A stretch of 64,000 nt of DNA from NCBI GenBank assembly GCA_965203175.1, contig OZ241867.1, forward strand, positions 6,240,001-6,304,000, in the 5' to 3' direction. This stretch comes from Candidatus Latescibacterota bacterium. Its GTDB lineage: Bacteria > Latescibacterota > UBA2968 > UBA8231. Shown here in pieces: positions 38,166 to 47,897 of this stretch; position 1 is the first letter of the stretch, and each line of letters opens with the position of its first letter. The notes beneath the pieces are model-generated. The model saw nothing but the letters and a program-made list of their open reading frames with translations, was not told where the DNA came from and ran no database searches. Made by a program: the position numbers and the translations under genes.

Positions 38166-38686
38166 TGTTTGCACACCCTAGAGATGTGGCCCGTTTGGGG
38201 CTTATGGCCAGTGCGGCAATCGTGCTCTTCGCCTTTGAATCGCTGGTGCCCAAACCCTTGCCTTGGATGAAGCTGGGTCTCGGCAATCTGCCAGTTTTGG
38301 TCGCGCTGGTGAGCTTTGGCGGCGGTCCGGCGCTGGCCGTCAGTGCCATCAAGCTCGTAGTTGGCGGCTTGCTCAGCGGCGGATTTGCCGGTCCGGCCTT
38401 TGTTATTGGCGGTGGAGCTGGCTTGGCAAGTTGGCTGGTCATGGTTGCGATCCGCCGCATAGGGGCACGGCTTTTCAGCGTCGTGGGCCTGAGCATTTGG
38501 GGCGCGTTGACGCACCAGCTCAGCCAGCTCGCTCTCGCCGCTGGCTATATCGGCCACAGCGGTCTGTTCGCGCTCTTGCCGCTGGCCTTGTTCAGCGCTT
38601 TGGTGAGCGGGGGGGCTATCGGCCTGGTGGCCTGGTGGACCTTGGAACAACTAGAGAAAATAGGCTGGTTGGACCAAGGACAGTGA
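38165..38686 (+). CDS. Gx transporter family protein (so-called heptaprenyl-PP synthase component I)
   Basis: ESLVPKPLPWMKLGLGN and VGLSIWGALTHQLSQL. TGATG overlap with the upstream gene. Confidence 0.85.
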   Translation: MFAHPRDVARLGLMASAAIVLFAFESLVPKPLPWMKLGLGNLPVLVALVSFGGGPALAVSAIKLVVGGLLSGGFAGPAFVIGGGAGLASWLVMVAIRRIGARLFSVVGLSIWGALTHQLSQLALAAGYIGHSGLFALLPLALFSALVSGGAIGLVAWWTLEQLEKIGWLDQGQ

Positions 38687-38725
38687 TAGATATAAATGTA
38701 TAGACCTTCTCTATAGATCGTCTCA

Positions 38726-40693
38726 ATGGATTTGCCTAAAGAGTCTAGCTTTCAGATTCCAGTACGAGCCGAGCCGGTCTTCAGCGCCAAAGCGCTGTTG
38801 GCAGGCACCCTAGGGTCGCTGTGCATCGCCGTGGGAGCACCTTACGGCAACATGGTCATCCGCGGCTCCTACATGTCCATTGATTTCAGCGCCGCGGGTG
38901 CCCTGTTCCTCTTCTTCTTGCTAACGGGCTTGTTCAACGCCTTGCTGACGCGCTTCGCCGCTCCTGTGGCCCTCGGGCGTTGCGAGCTTATCGTCGCGTA
39001 CATTATGATGCTCACGGCCTCGGCCATTCCCACGATGGGCCTCAGCGAGTACTGGCTGACGATCATCACTGGTGCCCAGTACTACGCCACCCCGGAAAAC
39101 GAGTGGGCCCTACTCATCCTGCCGCACCTTCCCGAGTGGATCACACCGCAGGATCCCGAGGCGATCAAGTGGTTTTACGAAGGAGCACCGCGCACCACTG
39201 GGGTGCCTTGGGCCGCCTGGAGCGGCTCGCTGTGCTATTGGACTATTCTGATCGTAGCCCTGTACTTGGTCATGATCTCGTCTATGGTCATTATGCGCCG
39301 CCAGTGGGTGGAGCGAGAGCGGCTAGTTTATCCGCTGGTGCAGGTACCCCTGGCCATGGTGCAGAGCGGGGGCCGCGGAGAAGCCCTAGGCCCTTTCTTC
39401 AAAAATCCAATCATGTGGGTCGGCTTTGCCCTGCCCGTACTCGTCAGTAGCCTCAACGCCCTACACGCGTACTTCAACTTCATCCCCGCCATCCAACTCG
39501 TCTCTTCGATTCCGATCCTGCGCAACACCGTCAGCCTAATTTTTCGCCTGAGCTTTCCCATGATCGGATTCGCCTATCTAATCAACCTCGACATCGCCTT
39601 CAGCCTGTGGTTTTTCAACACCATTGCCAAGTTGATCCGAGGAGGGCTGGGAGTTTTAGGGGTTGGTAGCACTGAAAAGCTCGTTTACGGCGCTGCTAGC
39701 GAGCCAATTCTCGCCCATCAGGGACAGGGCGCGATGATCGTCCTAGTGGCCTTCGGCCTGTGGGTCGGCCGCGAGCACCTGCGCGACGTGCTGCGCAAGG
39801 CATTCCGAGGCGACAACCGCATCGACGACAGCGGCGAGATGCTCTCCTATCGGGCAGCGGTCTTAACTTGGCTCTCCGGCGTCGCAGTAATGACCATCTG
39901 GCTGTGGCAGTCTGGCTTGCCGCTGTGGGCGGCCTTTTTGACCCTGATGCTGGCCATCCTTATCTTCGTCGGCCTAACTCGAGTGGTAGTAGAAGGAGGC
40001 GTGGCCGCGGCAGTCGGGCCGATGATTTCTCCAACGGTCTTGGTCTCGGCCGTAGGCTCTTCGGCGATCGGCCCGGCCGGCATCGTCGGCCTCGCATACA
40101 CATTCGTGTGGGCGGCGGATATCCGCACCTTTGTCATGGCCTCCTGCGCACATGGCCTCAAGTTGGGTGAAGGACTAGGGTCGCGGCTGCGCCCGCTTTT
40201 TTGGTACATACTGCTGGCGATTGTCGTTAGCATCATCGGTTCGGTCGCAACGATTTTGTACCTCGCCTACGAATACGGCGGCATCAACCTCAACCCGTGG
40301 TTTTTTGGAGGTGGAACTCGCGCCCCTTTTGATTATATTACCACCAAGTTAAGCGCACCCACCGAGCCGAATATCAATGGCTGGATTCACACTTTTGTCG
40401 GCGGGGGCATCATGGCCCTGCTCATGTGGGCGCGCCAGCGGCTCTTGTGGTGGCCTCTGCATCCTATCGGCTACCCGATTGGTGCCGTATGGCTGATGGA
40501 CCAGTTATGGTTTAGCATTGCCATCGCTTGGCTCTTAAAGTTGTTGGCGATGAAATACGGCGGCCCCAGCCTTTTTCGTCGGGCGCGTCCTTTCTTTTTA
40601 GGCCTAATCATAGGCCAGTTTTTTATCGCGGGGCTCTGGTTGATTATCGATTTTTTTACGGGCATGACCGACAATGTGGTCTTCTGGATCTGA
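38726..40693 (+). CDS. DUF6785/DUF6784-type polytopic membrane protein (OPT-like)
   Basis: About 16 TM helices, RRQWVERERLVYPLVQVP, and WWPLHPIGY...KYGGPSLFRRARPFFLGLIIG. Confidence 0.75.
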   Translation: MDLPKESSFQIPVRAEPVFSAKALLAGTLGSLCIAVGAPYGNMVIRGSYMSIDFSAAGALFLFFLLTGLFNALLTRFAAPVALGRCELIVAYIMMLTASAIPTMGLSEYWLTIITGAQYYATPENEWALLILPHLPEWITPQDPEAIKWFYEGAPRTTGVPWAAWSGSLCYWTILIVALYLVMISSMVIMRRQWVERERLVYPLVQVPLAMVQSGGRGEALGPFFKNPIMWVGFALPVLVSSLNALHAYFNFIPAIQLVSSIPILRNTVSLIFRLSFPMIGFAYLINLDIAFSLWFFNTIAKLIRGGLGVLGVGSTEKLVYGAASEPILAHQGQGAMIVLVAFGLWVGREHLRDVLRKAFRGDNRIDDSGEMLSYRAAVLTWLSGVAVMTIWLWQSGLPLWAAFLTLMLAILIFVGLTRVVVEGGVAAAVGPMISPTVLVSAVGSSAIGPAGIVGLAYTFVWAADIRTFVMASCAHGLKLGEGLGSRLRPLFWYILLAIVVSIIGSVATILYLAYEYGGINLNPWFFGGGTRAPFDYITTKLSAPTEPNINGWIHTFVGGGIMALLMWARQRLLWWPLHPIGYPIGAVWLMDQLWFSIAIAWLLKLLAMKYGGPSLFRRARPFFLGLIIGQFFIAGLWLIIDFFTGMTDNVVFWI

Positions 40694-40710
40694 GAAAGGC
40701 ACTTACAATT

Positions 40711-43700
40711 ATGCCTAAATTCGCGGTGAAGTGGATGGCCCTCGGCTGGATTTTGGCCAGCGTGGCACCGGCCTGGACCGAGGTCGATTTTGCCGAGTTG
40801 GCACGGACGACCCCAGTCGAGCGCGTGCAGCAGACGATGGACACCTTTGCCAGCATGGGATCTAGAGTCGCTGGCTATCCAGGTGCCGACCAAGCGGCCC
40901 AGATCGTGCAGGAGCGCTTCCGCGCAATCGGCCTCGACGATATCGCAATCCACGAATACGATGTCTCGATTCCGGTCGATAAGGGTGGATTCCTGCAAGT
41001 CGTCGGCAACGGCGAACAAGTGCCAATCCACGGCCTCTGGCCCAACCTCGTCAAAACCTCGACGTTGCCCGAAGGCGGGATGACCGGGCGCCTGATAGAC
41101 GCTGGCGCGGGTGAGTACGCGGATATGGACGGCAAACAAGTCGAAGGGGCCGTAGCCCTGATGGACTTTAATTCGGGCGACGCCTGGCTCAATGCCGCCT
41201 ATCTCGGAGCGCAGGCCATCATCTTTATCGAGCCGGATTCCACCGTGTACTTGGAGGGCGAAAAGAAATTCCTCACCATGCCGCTCGACCTGCCGAGGTT
41301 CTGGGTCAATCGCCAAGCCGGCCAGCACTTGCGCCGCCAGTTAGCCGCAGGGGGCGAGCAGACGCTCCACTTGGAGTACCGCATGGATTGGGAGCGGTGC
41401 CCCGCTTGGAATATCCTCGGCACGATTCCCGGATACGACCCCTTGCTGAAAGAAGACGTGATCGTGCTGGAGGCGTACTACGACGCCATGTCGGTCGTGC
41501 CAGCCCTAGCCCCGGGTGCCGAGCAGGCCTCCAGCATTACTGCGCTGTTAGAGCTGGCGCGCTATTTTCGCGCGAACCCGCCAGCGCGCACGATCGTCTT
41601 TCTCGCCACCTCGGCCCACCACTTGGGCTTGCGCGGGGTCGATGATTTCATCCAGCGCTATTTGCGCAAAGAGGATCCCTTTATCGAACACATGCTGGTG
41701 CGGCGGGTCGTCGATGCCGCACTCGCGCAAAACATGATCGCCCAAGACGGCATCCACTACGCCATCGGCGAGGAGGAGTTTACCGGCAAGGAAGCCCTCG
41801 TGCGGAGCGTTGCTGAAGGACGCACCGACTTGGCCGCGCACATTGCCGACGCCGCTCTCGCCGAAGGGCTGCTGAGCCAAGAGCAAGGCGCACTGCACCT
41901 CGCCGACGAGCAATTCAAAAACCGCGACGAACTAGTTGATGAACTGCACTCGGATGACGACTTGCGCCTCGCGCTCTACAAAACTTGGGCCGACCCCAAA
42001 GTCGATTCGCTCGCGGTCAAACTCTTTATCAGTCTCGACCTTTCGTCGCAAACCGACGAGCTCGGAGTCTGGAACAGCAATACCAGCTTTTACTACAAGC
42101 GCTACTTCGCGCCCTTCGGCAAGAACTTTATGGGTTATGCGCGCAAGATCAGCCGCGAATTGGGCTACCAGCAGCGCGACGTGCTGGTCAATGGCATCAG
42201 CCCCGAAGGCGGGATGAGCTGGCAGACTTTTGTACCGGGCGAAATATCGGTCAACAGCGAATTGGTGTTGGCGACTGGCACGCCAGCGTTGGCCTTTGTC
42301 ACAGTCAACGACGCGCGCTTCCTCGTCGATACGCCCTTAGACCGAGCCGAGCGCGTCAACCACGCCAATCTCGCCAAACAGATTCGGGTGCTCGCCGGTA
42401 TGTTCGAGATGGCCTTTGAAGACCCAGAGCTTTTCCCGGACTTCAAGATGCGCCTGCGCGACAATCTGCGCTCTCTGCGCGGCCGGACCATGGTCTTTCC
42501 GCGCCGCAGCATCATCCCCGACCTGCCGCGCGCAGACGCAGTAGCCGTCGTGCGCAACGGCAAGAAAAAGTCGTATAAAGGCGTGCGCGGCGAGTACTAC
42601 GAGGTTGTCGATGATAAGGGGGCCTTCTACGTAAATCGAGTGCGAGTCAACAACGTGCAGATCGAGGGCTATTACATGGACCCGATCACCGGCCGCATCA
42701 CCTACGCCCCGGACCGCGGCGTGCAAGGCGACGAGAGTTACCCGATGAGGGTATCCATGGACTGGCGCGATAAGCAGTGGATGGTCATTCTCTTCCCCTG
42801 CGTGCCCTACAACTTCTTCGACATCGTTGATCCGCGCTATCTCACCAAGCTGTCCAACGTGTCGGTCTTCGATGAGACAAACGGCGCGCCCGTGGAGTAC
42901 GGTTACACTATTGGCGAAGGCCCCTCGGCCCAGAACGAGCCGGTTGGAGTGCTGTTTGCGCGGCCCGGCTCGCACATAAAAATGGGTTTTGGTGCGGGCC
43001 TGCTGGGATTCCGCTCGCTGCTGCTCAACTCCACCAGCGTCACTGACAAAGACAAGGCCGAGGGTGAGGGCTTTGAGATCCGCCCCGGCACCTCTTTTGC
43101 CCGCACGACCTTCCAAGCCGCCCAAGACATGTGGAATCTCGACGAGTCGCGGATGCGCGAACTGCGGAGCTTTGCCATTGAGAATCAGCGTCTCAACGAC
43201 CTCCACTACCGAGCTGAAACCGAGTTAAACCAAGCCGCAGCGGCTGGTACTGAGCAACGCTGGGGAGATTTCGTGCGTCACACGCGCGCGGCCTTCGGGC
43301 TAGAATCGCGCGCCTATCCAGACGTCAAATCCACCCAAAACGACGTCGTTCAGGGCATTATCTTCTTCATGGCCCTCGTCCTTCCCTGCGCCTTTTTTAC
43401 CGAGCGGCTCATTTTTACTGCCGCCACGATCCGCAATCAAATCATCGGGTTTGCCGGGGTTTTCCTAGTGATCTGGATCGTGCTGTGGTTGGTGCATCCA
43501 GCCTTTCAGTTATCCAATCCCTTCGTCATCCTGCTCGCTTTCATCATCATCGTGCTAGCCGTTCTCGTGATGTCGATCATTTCCGGCCGCTTCAACGAAC
43601 AGATGAAAAAGCTGCGCACCGAGGTGGCAGTGATCCACGACACGGACGTCAGCCGCTCTTCGGCCTCGCTGACCGCCTTCCAGCTCGGGATTTCCAACAT

Positions 43701-45462
43701 GAAGCGGCGCAAGACGCGCACGGTCCTCACCTTTACCACGCTCTTGCTGCTGACCTTTACGGTTCTCTCCTTCACCTCCATCCGCACGGGCCTGCGGTTC
43801 AACCAAATCAGCCGCGACAACGAGGGGCTCTACGAGGGCATCCTAATCCGCAGCAAGGCGTGGAATCCGATGGAGGATTCAGTCCTCGAATACGCCCGCA
43901 GCAATTTCGGTGATCGGGCTGCGGTCGCGCCGCGTAGCTGGTACAGCAATAAGGCTAAAGCGCACATCAAAATAAAACACGGAGAAAACGCCCATAACGC
44001 GCTCGGCGTCCTTGGGTTGACCCCTGAGGAGACCCAAGTCACCAGGCTGAATCAAGCCCTAGTCGCCGGGCGGTGGTTCGAGCCGGGCGAGGACAAGGTC
44101 TGCATCCTGCCCATCGACATGGTCAAAGAAGATCATCTCGACATCGACCTCGCTAAAGTTGGCCAGGAGCAGGTTCGCATCTTCGGCGACTTGTTCACGG
44201 TCGTTGGCGTCCTCGACTCCAAGCGGATGAAGGATCTCAAAGACCTCGACGACGAAATCTTGACGCCAGCCGACTTCGCCGTCACCGGCGGCCAAGCTGT
44301 GCAGGAGATCGCCGAGGAAGAAAAGCGCGAGAAGCAGGGCTTGGAGGACGCCAAGGTCGTCATCAAGCCCTTTGTCCATATAGAGCCGGCCAACATCCTA
44401 ATCGTGCCTTACCACACGCTGCGCAACGTCGGTAGCGGCAATCCCCTGCAATCCGTGGCCGTGCGCTTCCCCGCGGGCAGCGACGTGCGGGGCGAGGTCG
44501 AGGAATTCCTCTCGCGCCTCGCGGTGACCCTGTTCGCCGGAGTCAAGGAGGCTGGCGACGAATACATCAAGGTGTCGATCTACTCATCGCTGGGGATGAC
44601 CTCCTTTTCCGGGATCAGCAACTTGTTTATCCCCATGCTGATCGCCTCGCTGATCGTGCTCAACACCATGATGGGCAGCGTGTACGAGCGCTTCCGCGAA
44701 ATCGGCATCTACTCTTCGGTGGGCTTAGCCCCCGGCCACATCTCTTGGCTCTTTATCGCCGAAAGCTGCGTCTATTCGGTGCTGGGCGTCGTCGCCGGTT
44801 ATCTCAGCGGCCAAGTAATCGCCAAAGTACTCATCGAATTCGAACTGCTGGGCGGCTTCACGCTCAACTACTCTTCAGTGGCCGCGGTGCTCTCCTGTAT
44901 GCTGGTGATGGCCGTGGTCATGCTCTCGACGATCTATCCAGCGCGCAAGGCTTCGCAGATGGCCGTGCCGGACGTGACCCGCAAGTGGAAACTGCCACCG
45001 CCCGACGGCGATCAGTGGGATTTCGAGTTTCCCTTTACGGTCAGCGGCCACGAGGTCTTGGGTTTGAGCGTATTCCTCATCGGCTACTTCGACTCCTATA
45101 GCGAAGAGTCCATCGGCACTTTCTACACCGACGGTGCCCAGCTAAGCCGCGAAGAAACGCCCAACGGCGAAGGATACATCATCGACATGAATATCTGGCT
45201 GGCTCCTTTCGACTTGGGCGTCAGCCAACACGTCACCGTGCGGGCCATGCCAGAGGCCGAGCACAACATTTACGCAGTCAGCCTACAAATTAAGCGACTC
45301 AGCGGCGAGGACGCCTCGTGGCGGAGGGTCAATCAGCGCTTTATGAACGTCATCCGCAAACAGTTCCTCATCTGGCGCACGGTGGATGCCGAGGCCAAAG
45401 AAGGCTACCGCCAACAGGGCGCGGAAATTCTGCAAGGGCTGCGCAGCGAAGTTTCGGCGTAA
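40711..45462 (+). CDS. 1583-aa fusion: signal peptide, PA/M28-like domain, TM bundle and FtsX/MacB-type permease
   Basis: SRVAGYPGADQAA, AYYD..APGAEQASS..LLELAR, SNMKRRKTRTVLT, and SVYERFREIGIYSSVGL..YPARKAS. Confidence 0.8.
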   Translation: MPKFAVKWMALGWILASVAPAWTEVDFAELARTTPVERVQQTMDTFASMGSRVAGYPGADQAAQIVQERFRAIGLDDIAIHEYDVSIPVDKGGFLQVVGNGEQVPIHGLWPNLVKTSTLPEGGMTGRLIDAGAGEYADMDGKQVEGAVALMDFNSGDAWLNAAYLGAQAIIFIEPDSTVYLEGEKKFLTMPLDLPRFWVNRQAGQHLRRQLAAGGEQTLHLEYRMDWERCPAWNILGTIPGYDPLLKEDVIVLEAYYDAMSVVPALAPGAEQASSITALLELARYFRANPPARTIVFLATSAHHLGLRGVDDFIQRYLRKEDPFIEHMLVRRVVDAALAQNMIAQDGIHYAIGEEEFTGKEALVRSVAEGRTDLAAHIADAALAEGLLSQEQGALHLADEQFKNRDELVDELHSDDDLRLALYKTWADPKVDSLAVKLFISLDLSSQTDELGVWNSNTSFYYKRYFAPFGKNFMGYARKISRELGYQQRDVLVNGISPEGGMSWQTFVPGEISVNSELVLATGTPALAFVTVNDARFLVDTPLDRAERVNHANLAKQIRVLAGMFEMAFEDPELFPDFKMRLRDNLRSLRGRTMVFPRRSIIPDLPRADAVAVVRNGKKKSYKGVRGEYYEVVDDKGAFYVNRVRVNNVQIEGYYMDPITGRITYAPDRGVQGDESYPMRVSMDWRDKQWMVILFPCVPYNFFDIVDPRYLTKLSNVSVFDETNGAPVEYGYTIGEGPSAQNEPVGVLFARPGSHIKMGFGAGLLGFRSLLLNSTSVTDKDKAEGEGFEIRPGTSFARTTFQAAQDMWNLDESRMRELRSFAIENQRLNDLHYRAETELNQAAAAGTEQRWGDFVRHTRAAFGLESRAYPDVKSTQNDVVQGIIFFMALVLPCAFFTERLIFTAATIRNQIIGFAGVFLVIWIVLWLVHPAFQLSNPFVILLAFIIIVLAVLVMSIISGRFNEQMKKLRTEVAVIHDTDVSRSSASLTAFQLGISNMKRRKTRTVLTFTTLLLLTFTVLSFTSIRTGLRFNQISRDNEGLYEGILIRSKAWNPMEDSVLEYARSNFGDRAAVAPRSWYSNKAKAHIKIKHGENAHNALGVLGLTPEETQVTRLNQALVAGRWFEPGEDKVCILPIDMVKEDHLDIDLAKVGQEQVRIFGDLFTVVGVLDSKRMKDLKDLDDEILTPADFAVTGGQAVQEIAEEEKREKQGLEDAKVVIKPFVHIEPANILIVPYHTLRNVGSGNPLQSVAVRFPAGSDVRGEVEEFLSRLAVTLFAGVKEAGDEYIKVSIYSSLGMTSFSGISNLFIPMLIASLIVLNTMMGSVYERFREIGIYSSVGLAPGHISWLFIAESCVYSVLGVVAGYLSGQVIAKVLIEFELLGGFTLNYSSVAAVLSCMLVMAVVMLSTIYPARKASQMAVPDVTRKWKLPPPDGDQWDFEFPFTVSGHEVLGLSVFLIGYFDSYSEESIGTFYTDGAQLSREETPNGEGYIIDMNIWLAPFDLGVSQHVTVRAMPEAEHNIYAVSLQIKRLSGEDASWRRVNQRFMNVIRKQFLIWRTVDAEAKEGYRQQGAEILQGLRSEVSA

Positions 45463-45475
45463 GGGAGGATAGCGA

Positions 45476-47896
45476 GTGCTCGGAAGCAAAAATAGAAACC
45501 CGAACCAAGAGATCGAAGAATATCGGGATTTAATGCAGGTCCCGGACCGCTTCGAGAACGGCTTTACGATCAAGGCCATCCTCGGCGTGCTCTTCGTCGC
45601 CTTCATCATGGTGCCGGGCAATATGTACTTGAGCCTGATGATCGGCGGCTCTTTGGGGGCGGCGGCCGAGTGGGTGACCATCATCCTCTTCGCCGAAATC
45701 ACCAAGCGTTCCTTCTCCTCCCTCCGGCGCCAAGAAGTCTATGTGCTGTTCTACGTGGCCGGCTCGCTGATTGCCGCTGAGACTGGTGCCTTTGAGGGCT
45801 TGCTCTACAACCAGTACTTGGTGCAATCGCCAGCGGCCAAGCAGTTCGGCATCACCAAGCTGATTCCCACTTGGGTGGCTCCGCCGCTCGACTCCTCCGC
45901 CATCATCGAGCGTACCTTCCTACACTCGGATTGGACGATGCCGATCATCCTCCTAGTCTTGGGGATGATCATCTCGCGCATCAACTGGTTCACTATGTCA
46001 TACGCGCTCTTCCGGCTCAGCTCCGACTACGAGCGCCTGCCCTTTCCCTTCGCGCCCGTAAACGCCCAAGGTGCTACGGCGCTGGCCGAGACTACCCAAG
46101 GACTTGAGACGTGGCGCTGGCGGGTCTTCTCGGCGGGGGCGATGATCGGCTTGGTCTTTGGCACGATCTACGTGGCCCTACCGGCGATTACTGACGCGCT
46201 GCTGACCGAGCCGATCCAACTCATACCCATTCCCTTTGTCGACTTCACGCAAGTTACCGGCAACTTTATCCCGGCCACTCCGCTGGGATTTACCGCGCAC
46301 TTAGGGCCGATCTTCGTCGGTCTAGTGGTGCCGTTCTGGGGCGTGATTGGCACCTTTATCGGCGTGGCCGTCACCTCCATTGCCAGTCCGCTGCTCTATA
46401 CCTGGACGCCTTCGTGGCGCGAGGAGCCTTACCTGAACTTGTGGCAGCAAGGCATGGGCACGATCGAGACCTACTTCGTCAACTACGTCGATTTCTGGAT
46501 GAGTTTCGGCCTCGGCACCACTGTCGCCATCGCCGTCATCGGCATCTATCAGATATCTCAGAGCGTGCGCAGTGCTAGGGCTAACAAGAGGGATGATGAC
46601 AGTCCCAAGCGCAGCTTCGCCCCCCCCGCTGGCCGAGGCGATTTCCCCATCTGGGTGGCGTTGGCACTATACGCTTTAGCCACGGCCGGCCTGATCGGCA
46701 TCGCCGCTTGGCTGCTGCCGGGCATTGCCCAATTTATATGGTTTTTCCTCTTCTTTGGTTTCGTATTTACGCCCTTTCAATCCTTCGTCAACGCCCGCCT
46801 AGTCGGGATGGTGGGGCAGACGGTGGACATCCCCTTCGTGCGCGAGGCCACGATTATCTTCTCTGGGTATCGCGGTGTTGACATCTGGTTCATTCCGTTT
46901 CCCTTGGGCAACTACGGTGCCCAGACCCAGAAGTTCCGCGAAATCGAATTGACCGGAACCCAGTTTACCAGCATTATCCGCGCCGAGATTTTCATGGTAC
47001 CCATCGTGCTCTTTACCAGTTTTCTCTACGGCTCCTACATCTGGAAACTAGCACCGATCCCGTCGGCCTCCTACCCCTATGCCCAGCTCATGTGGCGGCT
47101 GCGCGCCTATCAGCAATGCCTCTACATCACCGGCACTATGCGCAGCGAACTGGCCATAGACAAAGACCGGGCGGGATGGACCCCGGCTAACCTAATCGAA
47201 AACGAGTGGTGGTACTGGCGGGTGCGGCTAGTGGATCAAGAATGGCTGGACTCCAACGGCAATCTCGGTCAAGTCGGCCCGTGGATGCCGACCCAAGTTT
47301 TCTACTCGTACTTCGATCAGGGGGCACCCGACATTGTCGCCGAGCGCTACCTGCGCGACGAGCAGCTAGCCGAAGAGGAAATTGTCGAGGGCCTGCCGGC
47401 AGTTGTCCCGCTAAGGCCGGCCATGGACACCATCATTCGCGCGCCCCGTCCGACCCTCGAAGTGAAGGCCGAGCGAGCCGTGCCGGCGGGGTGGTCTTTC
47501 TACTTTGAGGTCGATACTGATCCGCTCTTTACAAGCTCTTGGATCCAGCGGTCCACCGACGTGCCTTGGCTCTTTAGAGCGCTGAAACCAGAGGTCATCG
47601 CCTTTGGTGCCGGCTTAGGGCTGGTGAGTTTCTTTCTGCTGTCCATCCTCGGGCTGCCAATCCTGCTGATCTTTGGCTTCGTGCGCTCGCTGGCGTCCAT
47701 ACCACATTACGTGGTGACCGAGATCATCGGCGCGCTCTTGGCTCGCTACTACTTTTGGAACAAGTACGGGCGGCAGGAATGGCGGCAATTTGCCCCGGTT
47801 CTGGCGGTGGGCTTCTCCTGCGGCATGGCATTGATAGGGATGGCGGCGGTGGGGATCGCCCTGATCCAGAGATCAGTCTCCGTGCTGATCTTCTAG
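45476..47896 (+). CDS. OPT-superfamily-like peptide transporter with inserted soluble domain
   Basis: FENGFTIKAILG, LRRQE, ERLPFPFAPV, APIPSASYPY, many TM helices. Confidence 0.75.
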   Translation: MLGSKNRNPNQEIEEYRDLMQVPDRFENGFTIKAILGVLFVAFIMVPGNMYLSLMIGGSLGAAAEWVTIILFAEITKRSFSSLRRQEVYVLFYVAGSLIAAETGAFEGLLYNQYLVQSPAAKQFGITKLIPTWVAPPLDSSAIIERTFLHSDWTMPIILLVLGMIISRINWFTMSYALFRLSSDYERLPFPFAPVNAQGATALAETTQGLETWRWRVFSAGAMIGLVFGTIYVALPAITDALLTEPIQLIPIPFVDFTQVTGNFIPATPLGFTAHLGPIFVGLVVPFWGVIGTFIGVAVTSIASPLLYTWTPSWREEPYLNLWQQGMGTIETYFVNYVDFWMSFGLGTTVAIAVIGIYQISQSVRSARANKRDDDSPKRSFAPPAGRGDFPIWVALALYALATAGLIGIAAWLLPGIAQFIWFFLFFGFVFTPFQSFVNARLVGMVGQTVDIPFVREATIIFSGYRGVDIWFIPFPLGNYGAQTQKFREIELTGTQFTSIIRAEIFMVPIVLFTSFLYGSYIWKLAPIPSASYPYAQLMWRLRAYQQCLYITGTMRSELAIDKDRAGWTPANLIENEWWYWRVRLVDQEWLDSNGNLGQVGPWMPTQVFYSYFDQGAPDIVAERYLRDEQLAEEEIVEGLPAVVPLRPAMDTIIRAPRPTLEVKAERAVPAGWSFYFEVDTDPLFTSSWIQRSTDVPWLFRALKPEVIAFGAGLGLVSFFLLSILGLPILLIFGFVRSLASIPHYVVTEIIGALLARYYFWNKYGRQEWRQFAPVLAVGFSCGMALIGMAAVGIALIQRSVSVLIF

Positions 47897-47897
47897 C

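Noticed and set aside
40528-40710. ORF-track N-terminal extension of the large fusion protein
   Set aside because: It overlaps the upstream gene. ATG 40711 gives a proper signal peptide.
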